Below, in pieces: positions 23,945 through 32,000 of a stretch of DNA of 32,000 nucleotides. The position numbers and the translations under genes are program-made. Below the pieces are notes generated by a model. It was given only the letters and a program-made list of their open reading frames with translations, was not told the origin of the DNA and did no database searches. Location of the stretch: the NCBI RefSeq assembly GCF_002075285.3, contig NZ_CP021983.2, forward strand, positions 3,990,001 through 4,022,000, given 5' to 3'. Position 1 is the first letter of the stretch, and each line of letters starts with the position of its first letter. This stretch comes from Halomicronema hongdechloris C2206. GTDB lineage: Bacteria; Cyanobacteriota; Cyanobacteriia; Phormidesmidales; Phormidesmidaceae.

Positions 23945-24643
23945 ATGGCCGAGGAGCAAATCAGCCTCTTTAATAGCGGCGATGAGGCCGCATCCCCAGC
24001 CGTAGATTTCGATAGTATCCCTACCACAGATACCATCCCCATATTGCCCGGGACCTACGATACTATCGAACAGCTGGCAGGGCATTGCCATCAGTGTCAA
24101 CGGTGTAGTCTAGCGCCGGGACGCACCCATGCCGTAGTGGGTCGTGGCAATCCCTCTGCCCCGATTGTGATCATCGGAGAAGGTCCTGGACAACAGGAAG
24201 ATGAGCAGGGTCTCCCCTTCGTCGGCAAGTCAGGACAACTGCTGGAGAAAATTCTGGCCTCAGTGCGCCTGGATAGCAGCAACGATGTCTATATTTGCAA
24301 CATTGTTAAATGCCGCCCCCCTGGCAATCGTGTTCCTTCGGCGGAAGAAATGGCGGCCTGTAAGGGATATCTCCTGGAACAAATTCGATTGATTGATCCC
24401 AAAATCATCCTGCTCACAGGAGCTACTGCCGTGAAGGGCCTAACCGGCGAAAAGCGCGGCATCACTAAAATCAGAGGGCAATGGATGGAGTGGCAAGGAC
24501 GCCTATGTATGCCCATTTTCCATCCCGCGTATCTGCTGCGAAATCCCTCTCGAGAAAAGGGGGCGCCTAAATGGCTAATGTGGCAAGATATCCAGGCTGT
24601 AAAAGCTAAACTTGATGAACTGATGGCTGCCGAGACTCCCTAA
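23945..24643 (+). CDS. uracil-DNA glycosylase, family 4
   Basis: Motif A GEGPGQQEDEQGLPFVGKSGQLL, the Fe-S Cys pattern (CHQCQRC ... CNIVKCRPPGNR), and motif B FHPAYLLRNP. Confidence 0.9.
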   Translation: MAEEQISLFNSGDEAASPAVDFDSIPTTDTIPILPGTYDTIEQLAGHCHQCQRCSLAPGRTHAVVGRGNPSAPIVIIGEGPGQQEDEQGLPFVGKSGQLLEKILASVRLDSSNDVYICNIVKCRPPGNRVPSAEEMAACKGYLLEQIRLIDPKIILLTGATAVKGLTGEKRGITKIRGQWMEWQGRLCMPIFHPAYLLRNPSREKGAPKWLMWQDIQAVKAKLDELMAAETP

Positions 24644-24791
24644 TAAACTGCGACGCCGGGTTTGATTGCCATTATTTAGTGGCAGGGAGGCCAGGGAACT
24701 AGGGAGCTGGGGAACAAAAATGGTCGCTCAACTGCCGCCATGGTGTACTACTTTTTTAAGTGAGCATTGTGCACTCTTATTTTCTCCCCTT

Positions 24792-25235
24792 ATGTTTTTG
24801 GGAAAGCCCATTAAAGTCCTCCTGATTGAGGACGATCCTGGAGACGTTTACTTAACCCAGGAAGCGCTTGATACTAGCCGACTTGCCATTGATCTGCAGG
24901 TGGTTGAGGATGGCAACTTAGCCCTCGACTACGTCTATCAACGGGGAGACTATACCGACGCCGAACGACCTGACTTAATTTTATTGGATCTCAGCTTGCC
25001 AGGTTGCAACGGAGAGGAGGTTTTAGCCAAGATCAAACAAGATCAAGACTTAAAGCGGATTCCAGTGGTCGTCCTCACTGCCTCAAAACTAGACGAGGAT
25101 ATTCTCCAAAGCTATCGCTTAGGAGCCAATTGCTACATCCCTAAGCCGGTTGGGCTAGATCAATTTCTAGAAATCATTCATAGCCTAGAGGATTTCTGGT
25201 TAACGGTGGTCAAGCTGCCAAAGTCTTCTGGGTAA
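24792..25235 (+). CDS. single-domain response regulator (CheY-like receiver, Rcp1-like)
   Basis: KVLLIEDDPGDVYL, DLILLDLSLPGCNG (phospho-acceptor Asp), VVVLTAS and NCYIPKP. I prefer the start ATG at 24792 (MFLGKPIKVLLIEDD); the track ORF opens at 24666. Confidence 0.85.
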   Translation: MFLGKPIKVLLIEDDPGDVYLTQEALDTSRLAIDLQVVEDGNLALDYVYQRGDYTDAERPDLILLDLSLPGCNGEEVLAKIKQDQDLKRIPVVVLTASKLDEDILQSYRLGANCYIPKPVGLDQFLEIIHSLEDFWLTVVKLPKSSG

Positions 25236-25245
25236 TATAGCGCTG

Positions 25246-25305
25246 GCCAGTCAGCTTAGGACATGGTTGATCGTCCAATAGCCCAGTCTAGGGGGGCTGA
25301 CTGGC
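25246..25305. other. 10-bp inverted repeat GCCAGTCAGC / GCTGACTGGC with a 40-nt loop, between convergent genes and flanked by an imperfect 9-bp direct repeat
   Basis: Arms at 25246-25255 and 25296-25305. The flanks TATAGCGCT (25237-25245) and TATAACGCT (25306-25314) match at 8 of 9 positions. Confidence 0.3.
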
Positions 25306-25374
25306 TATAACGCTAGTGCTTCCCTAGGGCGATCCTACCGACGGTAGCAGTAGCTGGAGTCTTCCCCTCGCGGC

Positions 25375-28300
25375 TTAGGGCAACTGCAATTGGGGCCGAT
25401 TCTGGAACTCTGGCAGCTGCACCGGATTCTGGGCCAGTGCCTTCAGAATCAACTCAATGGCCATCTCCAATTGCGGGTCCTTGCCCTGGCCCCAATCCTG
25501 GGGAGAAATTTCCACCAGAATATCAGGGTCAGTCCCGTAGTTTTCTACCTGCCAGCCTACGTCTTCAAACCAGAAGGAATATTCCGGTTGGGTGACAATG
25601 CTGCGATCCACCAAACGGTGGCGCGGGGAAATGCCAATTACACCGCCCCAGGTGCGAGTGCCGACCAGGGGACCTAGGCCCATGAGCTTAAAGCAATGGC
25701 TGAAGATATCACCATCGGAACCGGCGTGCTCATTGGTGATGGCCACCAGCGGTCCCAGCACCGAGTCAGACGGATAGGGTTCTGGCTGCTCCCAGCGGGA
25801 GACATCGTAGCCGATGCGACGACGGGCTAATTTCTCCAGGATTAACTGGGAGACATGGCCGCCCCGGTTGAAGCGCACGTCCACCACCAGTCCCTGTTTG
25901 TGCACCTCGGCAAAGTAGTAGCGATGGAATTCGGCGTACCCGGCTGGTCCCATATCGGGGATATGGACATAGCCTACCCGGCCGTCGGTGGCCTCGGTGA
26001 CTGCCTGGTAGTTTCGTTCTACCCATTCTCGATAGCGCAGTGACTGGTCATCTGCCAGGGTAGTCACCGTCACGGTGCGACGATTTTGGCCATCCCGGTC
26101 GGCCACGGTGAGAGGTACTTGGCAATCAGCCTGGTGGACGAGTCGTTCATGGGGGCCCTGATGTTGGCTCAAGGGCTGGCCCCCCACGGCCAGGAGCAGA
26201 TCGCCGGGGTGCACATTCACACCGATTTGCTGCAGGGGAGAGGCCTGCTCGCTCCAAGAGTCGCCCTGGGCAATGTGGGTAATGCGATAGGCTTGGGCGG
26301 CAGCATCGTACGTAAAGTCGGCCCCCAAAAAGCCCAGGCGGTAGTTGGGTTCTTCTCGATAGTCACCGCCGATTTCATAGGCGTGGGAGGTGCCTAGCTC
26401 CCCTTGCATTTCCCAGACTAGATCGGAAAACTCAGACCGGGTGGCCACCCGATCTAGCAGGGGACGGTAGCGTTGATAGATCCGGTCCCAATCCACCCCA
26501 GATAGATCTGGGGTCCAGAAATGTTCTTGCTGCAGTCGCCAGATTTCTCGCAGCATTTGCTGCCATTCCTGCCGGGGCTGCACGGAAATTCGTACTCGAT
26601 CTAGATCGAGCCAACCGCTTTTACGATTAGGGCTGGTATCGGTCTCGTCAGGAGTTTGATTGGCCTTGGCCAGGCAGACTCGCAGCCGATTGCCAGCCCG
26701 GTAGATCAGGGTGCTGTGGTCTCTAGCCACTTTGAAGTCGGAGATGTTGGGCACTACCAGCTCGCAACTTTGGCTGCTGAAGTCGTAGATTTCGAGTTTG
26801 GCGTCGGCTGCGGGGCGGGACTGCCGCCAGGATCGGCCTAGGCTGCCCTTGATGGGGACGGAGCTGAACAACACCTTGTCTTTCAGGCCCCAGATCTGGC
26901 GATAGCGTCCTTCCGATACTGGGAAGCCGACGATCCGGTGCTCGATGCCATCGATATCAAGGCTCAGGGGTGGGGGGGACGCGTCGCTGTCAGTGGCAGT
27001 GTCGGTGGTAGGCGAGTCTGCTGTCTCGGTTACAGCGGCTTTGCCATTGCCCTCACTCAGGGGCTTGGGCACTGGAATGAAGGGGGAAGGGGTGTCTTTT
27101 TGCAGCGAGATCAAAAATGGGCGGGTGGCCTGGGGAAAGTTGAGGTCGAAATACACGCTGTCGTAGACCGGGTTGAACTCCCGCACCGACAGGAAATAGA
27201 TGAATTTGCCCTGGGGGTCGAAGCTGGGGGCGAAATCGAAGAACCTAGGTGGGGTGAGGCGATGGATCTGGCTGTCGCGGATGCGGCAGAGCTTGATGGA
27301 GGCGGTGTGCTGGGTGTCACTGCAGCTATAGACAACCCATTGCCCGTCGGGGGACCAGTTAAAGCCCCGGATCTCGTGGTAGGGGCTACGGTCGAGAATG
27401 CGGCACTGCTGGCTGCTGAGATCGACCCAGATCAGTTCGTGGCGATGGTTGGAGAGCACCACCTGATCGGCGTTGGGGCAAACCTCCAAGTGCATGGGTC
27501 GCCCCAAATCCAAGTCAGTCAGGCGCATGGGATCGACGCCAAAGTCACTGCTAAGGATTTCTAGGGTTTCGAGGCCTCGCTGCTGAGGAGAATCGTCTTG
27601 GTTGCGATCGCACACCGTCACCAACCGCTGGCCATCGGGCAGCCAACGGGTGAGGCGAAAGCGCCGGCCATCGGGCTGACCCACAGGGACCACGGCTCCT
27701 TCCCAATTGCCGAAGCAGACACTCTGACCGCGGCTGGTCATTACCGTCGAGTGGCCTTGGGGATGGAGATCGTAGTCTTCTAAGTATTTTTCGGCATCGA
27801 TGAATTTGCGTTGTCGCTGCACCTGGGGGCTGTGCCAGGCGATGGGGATCACCTGGACGGCGCCTGAGGCCAGATCGGCCCAGTGCAGATCGGCACCGGC
27901 GTGGTAGACAATCCGCTGTCCGTCGGTGGCGGCATTGCGGACGTAGTAGTCGCGGTGGTGGGTAAAGGGTCGCAGATCTTGGCCGCTGGGGGTGCAACTG
28001 TAGAGATTGCCAATGCCCTCGTGGTCAGAGATGAAATAGATGCGATCGCCAATCCACATCGGGGCGGCCAGGTTGCCGCGAATATCCAGTAGCTTCTGGA
28101 ATTGGCCGCTGCCGCTGGCATCGCACCAGAGCACCCCGACCCGACCGCCGCGATAGCGCTTCCAATAGGCAGGTTCGGCCACGTTGCGCCCCAACACGGC
28201 CCCACCGTTGGGGCCAAAGGCGATGGTGTGGGCCATGCCGTAGGGCAGGGGCTGGGGTAGCCCCCCCGCGGGGCTGATGCGGTAGAGCTGCATCAGGCGG

Positions 28301-28641
28301 GGGAAGGGCTGGTTGGCATTGCTGGCAAAGATAATAGATTGGCCGTCTGGACTCCAGCCGGAGACGGTGGTGTTGGCCCCTAAGAAGGTTAGCCGACGAG
28401 CATTGCCGCCGCTGGCGGGCATGACATAGACTTCGGCATCCCCTTCTTCGCGGCCGATAAAGGCTAGCCGTTCCCCAGCGGGAGACAGGGCTGGATGGCT
28501 GACGGCGCCTAGATTGGCCGTCAGGCGGCGAGGAATGCCGCCCTGAATCGAGACACTCCAGAGGTCATCTTCGCAGACAAAGACGATGCGATCGCACTGG
28601 ACAGTTGGCAGTCGATAATAGCCGGATTGGTGATCTGTCAT
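25375..28641 (-). CDS. tricorn protease homolog (S41 family, beta-propeller + PDZ + peptidase)
   Basis: There is strong colinear similarity to tricorn protease: CDRIVFVCEDDLWSV, YWKRYRGGRVG, WEMQGELGTSHAYEIGG, GYVHIPDMG, VDVRFNRGGHVSQLILEKL, and ITNEHAGSDGDIFSH (catalytic Ser) followed by GTRTWGGVIGI. I prefer the start ATG at 28641 (MTDHQSGYYRLP); the track opens at 28671. Confidence 0.9.
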   Translation of the reverse strand: MTDHQSGYYRLPTVQCDRIVFVCEDDLWSVSIQGGIPRRLTANLGAVSHPALSPAGERLAFIGREEGDAEVYVMPASGGNARRLTFLGANTTVSGWSPDGQSIIFASNANQPFPRLMQLYRISPAGGLPQPLPYGMAHTIAFGPNGGAVLGRNVAEPAYWKRYRGGRVGVLWCDASGSGQFQKLLDIRGNLAAPMWIGDRIYFISDHEGIGNLYSCTPSGQDLRPFTHHRDYYVRNAATDGQRIVYHAGADLHWADLASGAVQVIPIAWHSPQVQRQRKFIDAEKYLEDYDLHPQGHSTVMTSRGQSVCFGNWEGAVVPVGQPDGRRFRLTRWLPDGQRLVTVCDRNQDDSPQQRGLETLEILSSDFGVDPMRLTDLDLGRPMHLEVCPNADQVVLSNHRHELIWVDLSSQQCRILDRSPYHEIRGFNWSPDGQWVVYSCSDTQHTASIKLCRIRDSQIHRLTPPRFFDFAPSFDPQGKFIYFLSVREFNPVYDSVYFDLNFPQATRPFLISLQKDTPSPFIPVPKPLSEGNGKAAVTETADSPTTDTATDSDASPPPLSLDIDGIEHRIVGFPVSEGRYRQIWGLKDKVLFSSVPIKGSLGRSWRQSRPAADAKLEIYDFSSQSCELVVPNISDFKVARDHSTLIYRAGNRLRVCLAKANQTPDETDTSPNRKSGWLDLDRVRISVQPRQEWQQMLREIWRLQQEHFWTPDLSGVDWDRIYQRYRPLLDRVATRSEFSDLVWEMQGELGTSHAYEIGGDYREEPNYRLGFLGADFTYDAAAQAYRITHIAQGDSWSEQASPLQQIGVNVHPGDLLLAVGGQPLSQHQGPHERLVHQADCQVPLTVADRDGQNRRTVTVTTLADDQSLRYREWVERNYQAVTEATDGRVGYVHIPDMGPAGYAEFHRYYFAEVHKQGLVVDVRFNRGGHVSQLILEKLARRRIGYDVSRWEQPEPYPSDSVLGPLVAITNEHAGSDGDIFSHCFKLMGLGPLVGTRTWGGVIGISPRHRLVDRSIVTQPEYSFWFEDVGWQVENYGTDPDILVEISPQDWGQGKDPQLEMAIELILKALAQNPVQLPEFQNRPQLQLP

Positions 28642-28818
28642 AGAAAAGCCACCCCTATAGTCGCCCTTCATGATAGTCAGGGGATGGCGGGGTCGCCCGG
28701 ACCGTTAACGATGCGCAACAACTCTTGTGCAGGCAAATCACCTTTAAGGTGGATGTCAACCCCGATTAATACTCTTTATTATCGAGGCGGTGCATTTAGC
28801 TTGGGCAACACTTACTAT

Positions 28819-28844
28819 GAAGGATCTAGGCGAAGGATCTAGGC
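28819..28844. repeat. 13-nt tandem duplication GAAGGATCTAGGC x2
   Basis: Perfect copies at 28819-28831 and 28832-28844, in the divergent spacer upstream of ORF 28879. Confidence 0.9.
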
Positions 28845-28878
28845 AAGCACTACGTCTTCTGACTGGCTGCGTTGGTTA

Positions 28879-29358
28879 ATGAAACTCTCCCATAAAGAGG
28901 CCCAGATAGAAGCTGACCGCATGCATGATGTCTTGCTATTGCTAGATCATCTCGCCATGCGCGAGGAAGCCACCATAAAAATCATTCTGGATTGTCTATA
29001 CGATATCGGCTCTATCTATCTCATCAACCAGCGCACTAAGGTAAGGCCCCTAAAAGGCTTACTCAACGGCATTGCCAGACTCAGCAAACCCGCCTTTCGC
29101 TTCTTCGCCCTGCGCTGGTTTCAGTCCACCTGTCCTCAATTAATTGCCAACTGGTTGCATGCCCAGGTGAAATTTGGAACACCGTCCCAGGACGACACCA
29201 ACACCATTGAAATTGTGCATGTACAAGACACCCTGCCCGAGCGAGTACAGCAGCAAGCAACAGAAATTAAGACGCTACGCACCCGAATTAAGTGGCTGAC
29301 TGGTGCACTCATCAGCATCGCGGCTCTCTGGGGCAGCACTCTGATGTTAGGCCGATGA
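28879..29358 (+). CDS. hypothetical protein with a C-terminal TM helix (159 aa)
   Basis: A clean ORF with non-repetitive composition and the C-terminal hydrophobic segment LTGALISIAALWGSTLML. No family recognised. Confidence 0.55.
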   Translation: MKLSHKEAQIEADRMHDVLLLLDHLAMREEATIKIILDCLYDIGSIYLINQRTKVRPLKGLLNGIARLSKPAFRFFALRWFQSTCPQLIANWLHAQVKFGTPSQDDTNTIEIVHVQDTLPERVQQQATEIKTLRTRIKWLTGALISIAALWGSTLMLGR

Positions 29359-29481
29359 GGTTAACTCGCTGACCCTTGCCAACCCGCTGCAAGATTTTCA
29401 GCATATTTACGGATACAGATCGTCCTGAGCTAGCTCGAAGCTGACGTAACAAGGACTAGGAGCGCAGAGATTTCTAGTCCT

Positions 29482-29811
29482 ATGAAACTATATTGTCACG
29501 GTTTAACCCTTGGACGAGACCCCATCCCTAAGCCGGCAGTGTTGGCCCTAGTGGCCGGCCTCAGCAGTCTTGGCCTGACTGTCGCTCAGTTTAGCGCCAT
29601 TTCCCTGGCTCAAGATGGCTCTGGGTCTGAGGGGCGTGGTAGTGGTCGCATCACCATGATCTCATCACAGCAAAAGGCTGCATCCCTGGGGTCATCCCCC
29701 CACCGGAAGCTGGCCTTCCGCGGCAGTGGCCGCATCACCACTGAGCCGTCTGTGTCTGAGACATCGACCGCCTTTCGCGGCACGGGTCGAATCAGTCCTG
29801 ACCTAGCCTGA
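29482..29811 (+). CDS. patX: PatX-like secreted RG(S/T)GR-motif protein (three motifs)
   Basis: The 109-aa ORF has the hydrophobic signal-like N-terminus PAVLALVAGLSSLGLTVAQFSAISLAQ. The motifs are RGSGR at nt 29635-29649, RGSGR at 29719-29733 and RGTGR at 29776-29790. It sits immediately upstream of hetR, which is the reported patX synteny. Confidence 0.7.
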   Translation: MKLYCHGLTLGRDPIPKPAVLALVAGLSSLGLTVAQFSAISLAQDGSGSEGRGSGRITMISSQQKAASLGSSPHRKLAFRGSGRITTEPSVSETSTAFRGTGRISPDLA

Positions 29812-29842
29812 GGTTGGGGCTACTATTCTCAATAAGGATTAG

Positions 29843-29983
29843 GGATTGTCGATATTCAAATACCTTAGAATCGTCTAAGCTAAAGCAGCAAACAATCCTA
29901 CTTTCTAGTAAAAAATACTGAATAAGTGATTTACTGGGGGATTGTTGGCCTTATCCCCCGGTTCCCCTTAGGTTAAGGATTGT
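29843..29983. promoter_or_regulatory. hetR upstream region with four GGATTGT motifs and a GGGGGAT-N10-ATCCCCC inverted repeat
   Basis: GGATTGT occurs at 29843-29849 (+), 29939-29945 (+) and 29977-29983 (+), and as AACAATCC at 29891-29898 (-). The inverted-repeat arms are at 29936-29942 and 29953-29959. A further palindrome CTTAGA-ATCG-TCTAAG is at 29864-29879. Confidence 0.35.
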
Positions 29984-30005
29984 GGTTTGCCTGATCGTGG
30001 TATAG

Positions 30006-30950
<945 letters not shown>

Positions 30951-31234
30951 CCTGAACCCCATCTGTCCTGTTCTGTGATCTGAGGCTGGAGTATTCCCAG
31001 AACGCCCACTCTGCTAAGGATGTACCCGCCCAGCATCTAGGCCATTTGTATTCGCTCTGTCATAGCCGCTATGATGGGTAGCCTCCGTCACTATAGCCAT
31101 GGCCCCATTGCTTAGGGCGGTGGCGAGCCAATCAGCCTCCCTAAACTGGGCAATCGAGCGATCAGTAATGTCCTCGGCTGACTGGCCGAAGCTCCAATAT
31201 CGTCGATAGCGGCTGCCCGTCTTGCCGGGGGCCC

Positions 31235-32000
31235 ATGATGTGTATGCAGGAAGTTCTGTACTTAGAAGTTCCCACCCCCAACACCAATGCAGTCAAAGGC
31301 TGGCTGCAGGAGACATTTACTCCTGGCCACGGCCAGAAGATTGTGACTACAGACGGTATCCGCATTGAACCCGATCCATCAACCTCCTCTGTAGCGACGA
31401 CAGGGCTACCCAGAGCCTTGGCCATTGTCACCTGGTCGGCCCAGCGCACCACCTATCTGAAAGCCTTTCGGTGGCAAACTCCCCTATCTCGAGAGACGGC
31501 CTTACTGGAGCAACTGAATCGTCAGATCCGGCAGCATTTCCCCTTGACCCCGCCCCAGTTGCCTGAGATCGATCTCTCCCAACAGACCATCTTCAAGGCC
31601 TTGGCCCCTCACTACCCCAAGACGGTGGCTTACTTTCAACGCATGCCCAACGGTGAGGCTGATCTGAGCCAAGTCTATAGCCGTGAAAAGCGCTGGCGTG
31701 ACTGTGTCAGTACCCTCTCTCAGCCGGCAAAAGTTATTTTTCGCCAAGGAGATCCAGCAGCTCCATCGCGACGATTGTCCGCCAGTGACGAGGATTCCTC
31801 GCCTTCTGATGCCCCTGGACCTGATGACACAGAAGACCACTACGATCTGATTGTCATTGGCGGAGTACTGGGGGTAATTCAAGCGGCTGCTATGGCTCTT
31901 TTGGGCCACCGGGTCCTGGTCATCGAACGACACGCCTTTGGTCAACTCAATCGAGAATGGAATCTATCCCGCTCGGAAGGGCAGACCCTAATCGACTTAG
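31235..32000 (+). CDS. FAD-dependent oxidoreductase, partial (runs off the window); tentatively CruA/CruP lycopene-cyclase-like
   Basis: This ORF is not in the supplied track. My own translation from ATG 31235 stays open to the window end (255 codons): MMCMQEVLYLEVPTPN...DHYDLIVIGGVLGVIQAAAMALLGHRVLVIERHAFGQLNREWNLSRSEGQTLIDL. It has a Rossmann GxGxxG motif and an (E)WN(I/L)SR motif that I associate with CruA/CruP. The frame opens after a TAA at 31166-31168. Confidence 0.7.
   Translation, partial: MMCMQEVLYLEVPTPNTNAVKGWLQETFTPGHGQKIVTTDGIRIEPDPSTSSVATTGLPRALAIVTWSAQRTTYLKAFRWQTPLSRETALLEQLNRQIRQHFPLTPPQLPEIDLSQQTIFKALAPHYPKTVAYFQRMPNGEADLSQVYSREKRWRDCVSTLSQPAKVIFRQGDPAAPSRRLSASDEDSSPSDAPGPDDTEDHYDLIVIGGVLGVIQAAAMALLGHRVLVIERHAFGQLNREWNLSRSEGQTLIDL

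Noticed and set aside
25390-28217. The many ORFs of 60-208 aa on both strands inside the tricorn gene (for example 26938..27564 + and 27551..27997 -).
   Set aside because: They are fully contained in a 1088-aa ORF with end-to-end similarity to tricorn protease. They are typical shadow ORFs of GC-rich coding DNA.
31018-31235. A minus-strand open frame ending at 31018 (..GKTGSRYRRYWSFGQSAEDITDRSIAQFREADWLATALSNGAMAIVTEATHHSGYDRANTNGLDAGRVHP-stop), considered as a possible C-terminal gene fragment between hetR and the FAD-oxidoreductase gene.
   Set aside because: It looks protein-like, but it has no start codon giving at least 60 aa, it would run antisense into the plus-strand gene, and I cannot assign a family. 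It is worth a BLASTX but is not reportable as a feature.

Overview
This window looks like a chromosomal segment from a filamentous cyanobacterium. The evidence is an unmistakable hetR gene with a patX-like RG(S/T)GR gene directly upstream, and at least about 20 copies (counted by eye) of the HIP1 octamer GCGATCGC. Most of the window is housekeeping. It carries a selenium-utilisation pair (an oxidoreductase-SelD fusion plus tRNA 2-selenouridine synthase), a radical-SAM/CPXCG pair, gdhA, carB, cbiX-cobA, def, a family-4 uracil-DNA glycosylase, a CheY-like receiver, a tricorn-type protease, and a partial FAD-oxidoreductase ORF at the right edge that is missing from the supplied track. There are two accessory-like patches. 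(1) About 13.3-15.7 kb, abutting tRNA-His: a tightly coupled DUF433-BrnT-BrnA trio, an orphan antitoxin-like gene, and a heavily decayed type I restriction hsdR carrying a frameshift, a TGG-to-TGA nonsense change and a large internal deletion. (2) About 19.2-23.8 kb: a divergent sulfotransferase/glycosyltransferase cluster that includes an uncharacterised DXD protein and a frameshifted GT4 gene. The most interesting locus is at 29.4-31.0 kb. The patX-like ORF carries three RG(S/T)GR HetR-inhibitor motifs in repeated FRG(S/T)GRI units. Between it and hetR lie four copies of GGATTGT and a GGGGGAT-N10-ATCCCCC palindrome. Intergenic DNA is unusually rich in short tandem arrays (7-, 8-, 10- and 13-mers), and several of these place stop codons in all three frames. 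It also holds a MITE-like insertion with a 9-bp target duplication, an orphan intrinsic terminator that implies an sRNA, and a nested-stem RNA-like element. I saw no rRNA, CRISPR array or intact transposase. All calls come from reading the sequence and from motif memory; no searches were run.
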